Positions 51,333-64,000 of a DNA stretch of 64,000 nucleotides are shown in pieces (the stretch's first letter is position 1; each line of letters opens with the position of its first letter). Source of the DNA: Octopus sinensis (lineage: Eukaryota); assembly GCF_006345805.1 (NCBI RefSeq), contig NC_043000.1, positions 120,342,001-120,406,000 of the forward strand, read 5' to 3'. The position numbers were made by a program, and so were the translations under genes. Below the pieces are notes generated by a model that ran no database searches, was not told where the DNA came from, and saw only the letters and a list, made by a program, of their open reading frames with translations.

Positions 51333-51611
51333 TGAATCTAGTTTATGCACGTGCACAAATAAGCACGCATGTCGCTCCAACTTTAGGAGGACATTCGTCA
51401 TGATACTAACTGTATTTTCGTCAACTTATTTTTCCCAGAGGCACCAGCGAATAGTAGTTAAATATATTTTCAACCAAAACTTTTAGCAATTTTCAAGTCG
51501 GAGAAATCACCAGTGTTTGCAAGCAGGAGTTAAGTCCCTTTTCTTGCGATGAGTAAGTTTTTGTTAAGACTTTTGTAGTTTTTTTCCATGGAGGAAAAAA
51601 GTGTTTTGTTG

Positions 51612-51667
<56 letters not shown>

Positions 51668-51757
51668 ACACACACACACACACACATACACGAACATCCA
51701 TGCGTACAAAAGCATGTATGCAATAGGTGTACGTAAGTGTGTGTGTGTGTGTGTTGC

Positions 51758-51832
<75 letters not shown>

Positions 51833-51927
51833 AACCAATTTCAAAGGATTTCGCCCAAATTGACGTTATTGTTGCTTAGTTTGGTTTGAAATAAAGAACT
51901 TGATTAGTTTAATAATCCTAACTTAAT

Positions 51928-51956
51928 CTCGGGCAAAGCCGGGTTATACTGCTACT
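51928..51956 (+). mobile_element. Helitron 3'-end remnant
   Basis: ctcgggcaaagccggg hairpin plus ttatactgcta(c)t, similar to the other Helitron ends. Confidence 0.5.
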
Positions 51957-52245
51957 AAGAACTAATCGCAAGACGGAATCTTTAATTTTTAAGCCGAACC
52001 AACAGACAAGAGATCTAACATTAGACATAGAAAGAAATGGATAACATCCATATTCGCAGTAGGTCGTGCTTGGGAGTCCAGCCGGAAAGTGTAATGTTAC
52101 TTGCTTTTGATATAGACCCTATAGAAGAGAGTCCCGAAGACACTTTCCGCACGACACTGCGAGAAATAGTGGGCGGAGAAAATGGCTGGCTGGATTTGTA
52201 TATAATAATATGCTTGAAACAGGCATGCCAGAAAACTTTGTTATG

Positions 52246-52587
52246 AAAGTGTCACCCATAATTATGACCCTAGTATCGATCTATTGCATTTCAATCTGTT
52301 TTAGGGTTAGGGTTAGTTAGGGTTAGGGTTAGGTATCTTTTTTCTTAAACGAGCGACATATTCATACGACACAGAATGTTGTTTACCTCAATGGACGTCA
52401 TTGATTGGTTGAAATTGCAGAAATTGAAGAAAAATCTACAACAAATATCTTACAAACTATAGAATTTTCTCAATAAACCCAAGAGAAAAAGATGTTTTAT
52501 AGACACATTCTACCAGTATATGAATTATAAAATGTTTTAGCTACCTAGAAATTATGTTAAAAACTGCCGTTCAAACCGAAAAGATCC
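52246..52587. mobile_element. Unclassified interspersed repeat containing (TTAGGG)n
   Basis: TTAGGG x4 plus partial units at 52301-52333; end ctgccgttcaaaccgaaaagatcc looks like a transposon terminus; boundaries uncertain. Confidence 0.45.
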
Positions 52588-53321
52588 AATGTCAGTACTA
52601 CACGAAAACTAAAGTAAAACAGAACATAAGTTCGACAGAATCACCATTGTTGTGTTCTTGTTTCATTTTCGTTCCATATCAACATTTTACGCACTGAAAG
52701 CGACGTTATCTAATGACTGCCTTACATCGTGTATATCGTTATATTTTGTTATGAATTGTCATTTTTGTAAATTTAGTACAATGAATTCAGATTATATAAT
52801 GTTTTTCAGCGTATTTTGTATTGTGTCTTGCGATACATAACACCTGCCTTACATTCTTATATTATTTCTAAGAAAAGGAAGTATTTTTTGTTAAATTGTA
52901 TTAATCCGATGAGTTTACAGCCACGGTTTTGAATTTTCGATAAAAGCCGTGACGTTATATTGCAATAGTAAATGTTTATTGAGATAACGCAATTTTGGCA
53001 AGCGTGAAATATACACTTCCGAAGCCTGGTGGTTAGCGTGTTGCAGTCATAATTTTACGGTCATAGTTTCGATTCTCGAACAGGGCAGCACGTTGCGTTC
53101 TTGAACAAAACACTTCAATTTCCAGTTGGCACAGTCTAATCAGTTGCAAATGTGTTCCAGCAGTTTCTGGGAATTTATCCTTGCAACGGTCCGGAATCTA
53201 GGCCAGAGGGCTTTGTCCCAATCGCCGTCACTTATTTTCCATGAAAACTAATATTATATGAAGGTAATTCAATAAATTGAAAACAAAGTTTTAGATGCTT
53301 TAATTTCAAACTTGTTATATA

Positions 53322-54062
53322 ATGTTGGGGGACAAACAGACACACAAACATATACACAAACATACATACATACAGGTATATATTTATCTCGACTAATTTA
53401 GTAGAACTATTCTTCGAAGAGTCTTCCTCGTAGGAAAGGGTTAAATGTGTCAAAAAATAACAAAGCAAGGTGGGAGCACCGCCTTTAGTCGAGCAAATCG
53501 ACCAAGGACTTATTCTTTGAAAGCCTAGTACTTATTCTATCGGTCTCTTTTGCCGAACTGCTAAGTTACGGAGATGTAAACACACCAGCATCGGTTGTCA
53601 AGCGATGTTGGGGGACAAACAGACACACAAACATATACACAAACATACATACATACAGGTATATATTTATCTCGACTAATTTAGTAGAACTATTCTTCGA
53701 AGAGTCTTCCTCGTAGGAAAGGGTTAAATGTGTCAAAAAATAACAAAGCAAGGTGGGAGCACCGCCTTTAGTCGAGCAAATCGACCAAGGACTTATTCTT
53801 TGAAAGCCTAGTACTTATTCTATCGGTCTCTTTTGCCGAACTGCTAAGTTACGGAGATGTAAACACACCAGCATCGGTTGTCAAGCGATGTTGGGGGACA
53901 AACAGACGCACAAACATACATACATGCAGGTATATATTTATCTCGACTAATTTAGTAGAATTATTATTTTAAATTTTAATTTGAATGTAAAATCATTAAA
54001 TTTATTTTGTGAAGAGTCTTCCTCGTAGGAAAGAGTTAAATGTGTCAAAAAATAACAAAGCA
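53322..54062. repeat. 283-bp tandem duplication (about 2.6 units) including family-B SINE pieces
   Basis: atgttgggggacaaac at 53322, 53605 and 53888. Confidence 0.92.
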
Positions 54063-54691
54063 AGAAGCAACGCTGAAGAAATACTTAATATGGAATTCTG
54101 ATACATTAATAGGATTCAGAAAGCGAATGAAATTGTAGATGAAGAATCCTGCTGAAAAAATGACGAAGTACAACGAATTCTTCTTGTATTATGAATTTAT
54201 GTTTGCCTTGAAGCCTATGGAGCACCATCCATTCTACTTAAGTCGTAACTAATATTTTGGTGAATGAAAGTATGAAATCTTCTAAATCAAAAAGATATCT
54301 TAATACCAGTCATGCATCCACTGCAGGCAATTCTTTATGTTTTTATTGAAAGATTACCGAAATCCTCCAGAATACAAAATCAATATTTTTTTAAAAAACA
54401 TGCAGAGATTCTAGACAAAATAATTTAGAACATCATACGAACCACATGCTTAATTGCAAAAGAAACCATCCTTGATTGACGAAGAATCTGTATTGCCATA
54501 AGCCAGAAGAATAACAAAATTGCTAAATTATGATTGGCCTAGTCGAATTCATGGCAGAGAATTGGCAGATTCTTTGGAATGTTCATGAGAATGCTTCATG
54601 GTGTTTGCTATAATTCTCTTCGTTCGGAGTTCAAATCTTGCTGGGAGAATTTGTCTTTCATAGTTTCGGTGTCCATAAAAAAATACGCATA

Positions 54692-55238
54692 CGAGGGTGG
54701 GTCAAAAAGTAATGCAAGTTTGTTTAGGACAGGTATAATTACCAACACAGGAAACAGTATCATACATCACAATGAAGCTGGTCCTCTGTGGATCACATCC
54801 CTACTTCTCAACATAGTCACCGTTTCTCTCGATAGCAATGTTCCACCTTCGAATGAGAGCATGTATCCCTGCCCCGTAAAATTCTGCTGACTGTTCTTTT
54901 AGCCACTTCTTCACTACAAAGTCAGAGACACCTTCTTTCGAAGGCTCGTAACAGGTGATGAAACATGGGTTCATCATTATGAACCGGAATCAAGGAGGCA
55001 GTCAATGGAATGGCACCACTCTACGTCACCACCGAAAAAGTTCAAGACGCAAAAGTCAGCTGGAAAAATCATGGCGACTGTCTTTTGGGATGCTCAAGTT
55101 GTCGTTCTGGTCGATTTCTTGCCAAAAGGAAAAACAATAAACTCATAAGTTTCATTTTGATGTATGATATATGTCCTCCCTGTGTTGGTAATTATACCTG
55201 TCCTAAACAAAATGGCATTACTTTTTGACTCACACTTA
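54692..55238. mobile_element. Rearranged mariner derivative with two 3' ends and a transposase catalytic fragment
   Basis: TA-CGAGGG TIR; plus strand 54933-55148 LVTGDETWVHHYEPESRRQSMEW...SAGKIMATVFWD; minus strand 54800-54915 GIHALIRRWNIAIERNGDYVEK*. Confidence 0.9.
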
Positions 55239-55244
55239 CACTTT

Positions 55245-55382
55245 TACTCTTTTACTTGTTTCAATCATTTTACTGCGGCCATGCGGGAGCAACGCCTTTA
55301 GTCGAGCGAATCGACCCCAGGACTTATTCTTTGAAAGCCTAGTACTTATTCTATCGGTCTCTTTTGCCGAACTGCTAAGTTC
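55245..55382 (-). mobile_element. Family-B SINE 3' fragment
   Basis: Family motifs. Confidence 0.8.
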
Positions 55383-55819
55383 TGACTCTGTGCAATCTGA
55401 TAGCAACACACGCGACACTATCAGGCAAAGAACTATTGGGCCAGTGTGACCTTCGTATTAATATCTGTGCATCGGAGAGGAAAGACTTGTTTCACGCTCA
55501 CTGCATCTTTTCCTCATTGAAAGGAAACACCTCCTTGTGCAAATACATGATCAACAAACGGATGTCATTTACGCATACTCACATGATGCCGTCAACATCA
55601 GACGTGTAAGTATAGGAGACCGTTTTGAACGCCTTCCTTTAGAAATATGCTTATATTGCCAGCCTAGATCGGTAACTGGTTTATTTCTCCCGTAATTAAT
55701 AAGAGAAACACCGTTTACTCACTAACGTAGTGTTATCCTGAACAGATTTTAAAATATACATCTAAACTACGTGGCATCTTGTTAACACGATTATAGCTGA
55801 TGAAGTTAACACCGATAAA

Positions 55820-56430
55820 AACGGAACTATTTCACCGATAAGTTATTTAGAATCTAGATAAACTGGGATATTCAGAAAGAGAAATCAACCGGCTAATTCG
55901 TACATTACAAGTGCAATTTGTGAGTAGTACAGTAAAAATATGCAAGACATTTCTCAAGTCCCACATGTGATTATATCTGAAGCCTTGTATCTTTATTGGA
56001 AACCGCCTCCCTCTTCAGTGGAAGATTTATAATAATTAAAAATAGAAGAACATACATACATACATACATACATACATACATACATACATACATACATACA
56101 TACATACATGGACAACTCATTCGAAAACTACAACTCCTATATCCAGATTACAAATTTACATTTATACCAACAATAATACGAGCATTTGGTTTTGTGAGTA
56201 AATGCCTGATAGTCTGGATCAACTTGGATTTTCACAAAAAAGAGGTCAACCAACAGACTCGCACATTACAAGTACCGTTTGTGAGTCGAACTGTAAAATA
56301 ATAAAGACTTTTGTCAAGTTTAAAATGTGACATAGTTATGGTTATCTACATTTCAATGATACGAATTCTTATCTTTGTTAGAAACCAACTCCCTTCTTGG
56401 AGGAAGAATTTAAATAATTAAAAAGAGAAC
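55820..56430 (+). mobile_element. Two tandem 3' ends of the second RLE LINE family separated by (CATA)n
   Basis: LGYSEREINRLIRTLQVQFVSSTVKICKTFLK and LQLLYPDYKFTFIPTII.AFGFV...TVKIIKTFVKFKM*. Confidence 0.75.
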
Positions 56431-56553
56431 ACACACACACACACACCACACACACACACACACACCACACACACACATAGATAGATGGATATGTATATAC
56501 CTAAACATCTGTACATATATACATACATCATACATACACATATATATATATAC

Positions 56554-56625
<72 letters not shown>

Positions 56626-56630
56626 GTGTA

Positions 56631-56790
56631 CTTTATTTAAAGCAGCAGAAAATTCAACAAAACCTGTTACTCAGAGTAACAGGTTTTGTTGAATTTTCTG
56701 CTGCTTTAAATAAAGCATATTACTCTACCACTGGTATTTGAGTACTCTTTTTTCCACCTTGTTTCACGTTTATGTGTTTACTCCGGTATA
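56631..56790. repeat. Perfect 42-bp palindrome (1-nt loop) at the start of an unclassified repeat fragment
   Basis: 56631-56672 is the exact reverse complement of 56674-56715. Confidence 0.9.
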
Positions 56791-56865
56791 TATGATGTAT
56801 GTATATATGCACAGATGTCTATCCATCTACCTATCTGTCTATACACGTATGTGTTTATATACACA

Positions 56866-57253
56866 CTAGCAGTATCGCCCGGCGTTGCTCAGGTTTGTAA
56901 GGGAAATAACTATAAAGCATTTTTAGAGAGTTATAGCCAAAAAATAGCAAAAAAATGGAAAAAAAATGATGGTAAATTTTTTTTTTGAGAGTAATAAAAG
57001 GTTGAGTTGCGTCCCCTAGACAGTCTGTGGTTTGTTTTTTTTTATTCTCGACCCCATGTCGAATTTATCGATTTTTTTCAGAACTGGGGGAACTTTTCAA
57101 AATTTTCGCTGCGTTAGTTTTGAATTATGACATTGGGCTATGTGTGTGTCAAGTTTCATCAGAATCGGTTGAAAGCCGTGGTCAGGGTGAGGGTACGAGA
57201 AAACAGACACACAGAAACACGCACAGACAAACTGCCGTTTATATAGAGAGAGA
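56866..57253 (-). mobile_element. Non-autonomous Helitron
   Basis: ctagcagtatcgcccggcgttgctc terminus shared with 32077; the other end cagacaaactgccgtttatatagaga is similar to the other copies. Confidence 0.8.
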
Positions 57254-57281
57254 TACATATGTATATATCTATATATGTACA

Positions 57282-57480
<199 letters not shown>

Positions 57481-57959
57481 TATATATGTATGTATTGATA
57501 TATGTATGCATGTATGTATGTATATTTGTACACACACGTACGCACACACGTACACACACATACACGCACATGCATGTATATATCGTCGAATTGAAAGTCA
57601 AAAGATTTTTCCAGAGAAAAACCACCAGCACATGAAAATACTTCTTATTCATTTGCAGCTGCACGTTCCGATAGCTTTATTTTTGCATCAACGCTTTAAT
57701 TTTTGCCTTTGAAAATGAAACTGTGTTACTTTCCTGCAGAGACATATTAAATTCGCACTGCTTCTCAGACATGTCTCAAAAATAACCTAATATACAAATC
57801 CAACTTGCATTATTACAGAATTCTGCCATGTTTGAATTCTTAAGGTCGTTATATAATTTTGTCTTTACTAAAGATTTCTAGTCCCTCAATAACCTTTTTT
57901 TTTGACACCTATTGCAACCCAAGTTTATGTAACTTGTTTACCCAACGACACCCGTTCTA

Positions 57960-58340
57960 AATAATAATAATATAATAATGAAATTATTGTATACAGTGCT
58001 CAGGTGCACCACAACTTGTCAGAAAGTGCATATAAAGTACATGCAGTAATGTAGAAATGTCTGGAAAGCGAACAATGTATGAGTCAGATACATGCTTGTG
58101 TGTGTATGGAGGGGAGAAAATCAAGTGTAGTGTTGGCGAATCTCTGGAAGCATGGAAGTTTTGAAGGATGCAGTGCTCCGACAACTAACAACTGATGCCG
58201 GCAGTTTGTTCCATGCTTCAGCAACTCTCAGCGTGAAAAAATGTTTCCTGAAGTCATGGGAGCTGTGCTGTTTTCTTACTTTGTAAATATGTCCACGGGT
58301 GTTAGATGGGTGGAGTTCTTGTAAACATCATTGAAATGAT
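57960..58340 (-). mobile_element. CR1/L2-group LINE 3' end with UTR and (ATT)n tail
   Basis: NTRGHIYKVRKQHSSHDFRKHFFTLRVAEAWNKLPASVV, the typical TRGH..K...R..FF..RV...WN.LP motif; stop at 58121-58123. Confidence 0.88.
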
Positions 58341-58544
58341 TCAAAGGTTTGTATATACAAACACTTTTATGTTCTGAGATCAAATCCTGCTGACGTCAAC
58401 TTTGTGTTTCATCCTTTCGATGACAAAAAATGCAATACGTTTCAAAATGTGGGGCCAATGATATAGACTTGACTATTCGCTTCAAAATATCTCGACTTGT
58501 GCTTAAAGCATCCTCCTTTTCCTCTTCCATTTCTTCCTCTTTAT

Positions 58545-59398
58545 TACTATTATTGAGTGAGAGAGCAGTGCATGCCATCAAAGTGATACTGGGGTAAAAT
58601 ATACGAAGTCCAGTATACCCACCATGACTACCCGTCTGATAAGGGTACACTAGGCACATGCATCACAACCATATGTGCGTGACATGGTGATCTCATATCA
58701 AGATAAACAGCAGGTGGGGCCCAGTTAGAATTTTCTTCTGGTTGAGTAACCCATCCTGCTCAAAAGGTCCCTGAATAAGGGTTGTTTAAGGATGTTGAAC
58801 GAAACACCCATTATTATTATTATTATTATAGAGCAGTGCATGCCATCAAAGTGACACTGGGGTAAAATATACGAAGCCCAGTATACCCATCATGACTACC
58901 CGTCTGATAACAGTACACTAGGCACATGCATCACAACCATATGTGCGCGATATGGTGATCTCATATGAAGATAAACAGCACATGACCTTGCAGGTGGGGC
59001 CAAGTTAGAATTTTCTTCTGGTCGAGTAGCCCATCCCACTCAAAAGGTCCTTGAATAAGGGTTATTTAAGGATGTTAAACGAAACACCCATGTTTCCAGA
59101 GGTGAATCATTTAAACCCCAAACAATCCTTCTCAACACATGGCTATGATGCTCCCCCACTACTTCTGCTCGTGATCAGAGATGCACATATCGTCAGCCAC
59201 TAAGGGACATGCTCAACTGGCTAAGGTCAAACAACTGACAAGCAAATCTATGGTATTGAGCAGAATATTTGCTGTAGCCCATCTTTTATACCAAGACAAA
59301 ACAATGTACATGATAACACTTCCAATCAGTTAAGATCAGAAGCCATGAGAGCCACTGCCTGGAACTGCATCAGGGCATTACTGCCTGGTACTGCATCT
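58545..59398. mobile_element. Non-coding repeat flanked by (ATT)n, with a ~265-bp terminal segment tandemly duplicated
   Basis: 58560-58810 is repeated at 58830-59090; (ATT)n at both ends and at the internal junction. Confidence 0.7.
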
Positions 59399-59437
59399 AT
59401 TATTATTATCATTATTATTATTATTATTATTATTATA

Positions 59438-59504
<67 letters not shown>

Positions 59505-59509
<5 letters not shown>

Positions 59510-60532
59510 TAGTTTTATTTTTATAGCGTGCTTTCACTTCACTACCGAGCGCAGCTCTGTGTGCCTTGGGTATGTGCTGTGATTTGTTGGGATGCTCTGA
59601 TGGTTATTGTATGGAAAGTGCTCTGCGTAGGATGTGTGCAGTGCCTAGTAGTGCAATTTTCTGTATTATATATGTGTTTGTAAGTCCTGGTGTTTTTGTT
59701 ATGTATTTGTCTGAATATTTTTTTATCATACCTAATGCACCTACTATGATAGGAATTGTTTCTGTTTTCAGATTCCACATTCTAGTTACCTCTATTTCCA
59801 GGTCTTTGTATTTTGAGAGCTTCTCCATTTCTTTTAGAGACACGTTGTCATCTGCCGGTATTGATACATCAATTAGAAAGCATTTTTTTTCTTCATGATC
59901 TCTGACAACTATATCTGGTCTGTTGGCCTTAATTTCTCTATCTGTGTGTATCGGCATATCCCAGAGTATTGTTGCTTTCTCGTTTTCTGTAACCTTTTCT
60001 GGTGTGTGCCTATACCATCTTTTTTCTGTTGTTATTCCATAATGTTGGCATAGCTTCCAGTGTATGTAGGTTCCAACTCTGTCATGTCTGTGAATATATT
60101 CCTTCTTAGCCAGGACTGGGCAGCTAGAGATAATATGATTTATTGTTTCTTGTCCATCTCCACATATTCTGCAGTTACTTGTAATATTTCTTTTCATTAC
60201 ATGTTTTTGGTAATTTCTGGTGGGGAGGCTTTGGTCTTGTGCTGCAATTAAAATCCCTCTGTTTTTGCTTTGAGTCCTGAGCTGCTCAACCATTGCTGGG
60301 ATCTTTCTTTGTCTATTTCTTTTGCGTTTAGTTTAGTGCAGCATTTACCATGAAGGGGCTTTTCTTGCCATCGTTTTATCATGGTTCGTTGCTGTTCTAT
60401 TTTTAGTTTGGATTTCATTTGTTTTATAGCTTTTGTTGTTTCTTCATCATCTTCTTCTTCTTCTTCTTCGTGTTTATTAGGTGGTATGATTTCTTGTTTG
60501 TATTTGTCAGCTTCCTTAAATACTGAGAACAG

Positions 60533-60534
<2 letters not shown>
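59505..60534 (-). mobile_element. Young 5'-truncated R4/Dong-like retrotransposon, near-identical to 12500-13495
   Basis: ORF 59604-60293 has CRICGDGQETINHIISSC, RPDIVV, IDVSIP, EKLSKYKDLEIE and IPIIVGALG; (ATT)n on both sides. Confidence 0.93.
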
Positions 60535-60567
<33 letters not shown>

Positions 60568-60611
60568 CATTATTATAATTATTATTATTATAATTATTAT
60601 TATTATTATTA

Positions 60612-60655
<44 letters not shown>

Positions 60656-60783
60656 TATTATTATTATCATTATTAAAAAATATAGTCAGGTACTAGAGGT
60701 TGTTCCTATATTGCCTGTTCACTTCAAACGAACTTTTGCAGGCATGGTGGGGGAGAATGTTAGTAGTAATTTAGCTGGCAGAC

Positions 60784-60841
60784 TTTGGCTGATGAGAAAT
60801 CAGGCACCTATTTAGTGCTAAATTTCGGAACCGGTACCAGG
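60784..60841 (+). ncRNA. Type I minimal hammerhead-like motif with one core substitution
   Basis: UUUGG-CUGAUGA-GAAAU...AUUUC-GGAA-CCGG-UA-CCAGG: 5-bp stem II, palindromic ACCGGU stem III, stem I paired with two G-U pairs; GAAA reads GGAA. Confidence 0.7.
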
Positions 60842-61044
60842 CCCATCAGCGTTTACTTGTTCTGACCCAGTAGAGTAAAGGCATTATTATTGTTCAGTGA
60901 TATTTTTCCTATCGGTGGTACAGAAGCATTTTTGGACTTGTATTCTTTTAGCGATATAGGTTCTCATGCAGTACCCTTGTGTATATATGTCCATATCTAA
61001 TATTGTATGTATTTCGTATATATATACAGAGAGAGAGAGAGAGA

Positions 61045-61669
<625 letters not shown>

Positions 61670-62060
61670 ATGCAATGTACCTCATATCGCCATAAAGTGG
61701 TGACTCATAAGAGAGTCTGACAAGCTATTTGTCTTGTTATTTTAATATTACTGTTGCCTTCAGACTACTGACACAATACTATATGAGTGAGTTATTGGCA
61801 CAATAGTTTGAATAATACGTTAGCTGAAGTGTGTACACGGGAGGTATCAGCACAACTTAAAGTGAATTGTCAGTAAAGAGAATGGAGTGTTGAATTATGG
61901 TTTTGTATCGTAGCAAAGCCAACTTTGTAAAGTAGAGGGTGGTAATGTATGCGATTACAGCGGCTCCATCTTTAGCGAACTTTATATAAATACATACATA
62001 TATATTCACAGAAACATCTACATATGTGTGTGCATGTATGTATATACATACATTCATATG

Positions 62061-62210
<150 letters not shown>

Positions 62211-62264
62211 CATATACATATACATACATACATACATACTACATACATACATACATGCATACAT

Positions 62265-62332
62265 GAAGGCGCATGGCTCAGTGGTTAGATCGTGGAGCTT
62301 ATGACCGTGAGGTTGTGAGTTCGAGTCCCGAA
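62265..62332 (+). mobile_element. Family-C SINE head only
   Basis: gaaggcgcatggctcagtggttaga...gagttcgagtccc as at 21200. Confidence 0.75.
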
Positions 62333-62339
62333 ATGATCT

Positions 62340-62770
62340 ACGTCTTCTTTGGAGCAGGTAAGGAGGGGTGTTCCCACTGCATGGATTGTCACTTTATCTC
62401 TCGTTCAAAATGATGAATCCAACACTTATCCTGATTTAGAAAACTTTCAAAGAAACCAGCTGGATTTGCCTCAGATGGTGTCAGAGTTTCTCGTGATATG
62501 TTCAGCCTGGTGTGCTTTTGATTAGGTGTCAGAAGACGTGGCACTCACCAAGCAGGGACCTTCGTCATGCTAAGTTCGTTGTGCAGAATGTTCTCAACTC
62601 TCTCACGAGATATGCTAATAACTTTGGTTATTTCATTTATATTCAATATGGTGAAGACAATGAACGATTTCCTCGTTGGTGGCAGCTGCAGGACGTCAAA
62701 ATCTTAGGTCATCTTCACGAATCGCCCTTTCCCTCCTAAATTCAACTGCCAACTTTTGCATTGTTGAAAA
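62340..62770 (-). mobile_element. Mariner transposase pseudogene fragment (HTH to first catalytic Asp)
   Basis: ISRERVENILHNELSMTKVPAW*VPRLLTPNQK...FLNQDKCWIHHFE...QSMQWEHPS; WVPRLL motif; stops and frameshift. Confidence 0.88.
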
Positions 62771-63167
62771 AGCTAGAGTGTAGTCCCCTAATTTAGTACC
62801 ATGTCAACATGAATGTCTTTAGGAGCTAAATACTTTTCCCTGCAGGTATTTGATGCCAAATTTTATCCAATTTCTAAACAAGTCGCTACTAGTTACTTTT
62901 GAAGTTTTCGTTGAACAGTCAGATGTGAGATTATCAGAAAAACAATGCAGTTACTAAAAAAAAATATATTGAAGTTAACTGATGCAAGATTTCACACCTC
63001 TAGCGTCATTCCTCGCATAGTCAGTCTATGATATCTTCAGCCCATCCTAGAAATAGAAGTAAAATATCAAAATACTGAAGGCGGAGAACTTCTTACAATG
63101 CAAAAAAAAGAAAAAGGTTTAATTTACCTTTAATTTATTTCTTTTTTTACAAATTAGATAAAAAAAA

Positions 63168-63545
63168 GTAGGCGTAGGAGTGGCTGTGTGCTTACCAACT
63201 ACATAGTTCCGGGTTCAGTCCCACTGCGTGGCACCTTGGGCAAGTGTCTTGTTCTATAGGCTCGGGCCGACCAATGCCTTGTGAGTGAATTTGGTAGACG
63301 GAAACTGAAAGAAGCCCGTCGTATATATGTGTATATATATGTGTGTGTGTGTGTGTGTTTGTGTATCTGTGTTTGTACCCCCAACATCACTTGACAACCT
63401 AGGTGGTGTGTTTACGTCCCCGAAAACTTAGCGGTCCGACAAAAGAGACCGATAGAATAAGTACTAGGCTTCCAAAAAATAAGTCACGGGGTCGATTTGC
63501 TCGATTAAGGCGGTGCTTCAGCAAGACCACTGAAGCAAGTAAAAA
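63168..63545 (+). mobile_element. CORE-like SINE family B
   Basis: Family motifs. Confidence 0.88.
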
Positions 63546-63816
63546 TGTAAAAGAGTACCTTTATATATTTCAAGCACAAAGGCCCATTGCCAGAGATAAA
63601 TGGTCAAGCAGTGTTAATTTATATGATACCAGCCCTGTTTGTGGCGACTGTTTAACTTTTGATGGACTTAGCACTTGAAATGTATAAAAGCAAGGAAAAT
63701 TTTCCCTTTTCGCATTATAAGACGCTCTCTATTCTTCACTATTTTATTTTACTTCTTTATTACAATGCATGGATAGGCTAGAAACGCTCTTTTTTCAAGG
63801 GAAATAATATTTATTA

Positions 63817-64000
63817 CTAGCAGTATCGCCCGGCGTTGCTCGGATTTGTTTCGACCCTTTAGAATTAGAATTTCAAAAATTCTAAAAATTTTGCATTATG
63901 TAGCTTGTTATTCTCTTTAAGTGAACATTTTACTGGTTGAAATACACCGAAAAATGGCGACAAAGCAGTCAAAAATCGTAAAAAATAGGGACGTTCATAG
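63817..64000 (-). mobile_element. Non-autonomous Helitron 3' end, runs off the window
   Basis: ctagcagtatcgcccggcgttgctcgg terminus; the next ~150 bp match 9640-9790. Confidence 0.85.

Noticed and set aside
55790-55830. ctgatgaag motif as a hammerhead
   Set aside because: No convincing stem II or GAAA.
58830-59398. snRNA or snoRNA retrocopy
   Set aside because: No match to the spliceosomal snRNA or U3 sequences I can recall; an Rfam scan is needed.

Overview
AT-rich eukaryotic DNA dominated by microsatellites ((TA)n, (CA)n, (AAT)n, (CATA)n, (TATC)n). The repeat families look like those of a coleoid cephalopod, probably Octopus; this is inferred from repeat content only. I found no recognisable host protein-coding exon, rRNA or CRISPR array, and most ORFs in the supplied track are microsatellite or antisense artefacts. 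Contents: several tRNA-derived SINE families, many fragments of RLE-type (R4/Dong-like) non-LTR retrotransposons sitting in (AAT)n or (CATA)n tracts, RTE and CR1/L2 LINE 3' fragments, Tc1/mariner relics and four non-autonomous Helitrons. Three signals stand out. (1) Minimal type I hammerhead-ribozyme-like motifs with short, usually palindromic stem III occur in at least four unrelated sequence contexts, plus decayed copies. One is built into a tRNA-headed SINE that forms a fold-back, suggesting Penelope-associated or retrozyme-like non-autonomous elements. (2) Several inverted repeats break at the hammerhead stem III palindrome. (3) A 5'-truncated tRNA-Asp(GTC) is fused to a SINE inside one 8-bp target-site duplication. 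All alignments and folds were done by eye; coordinates of degenerate elements are approximate.
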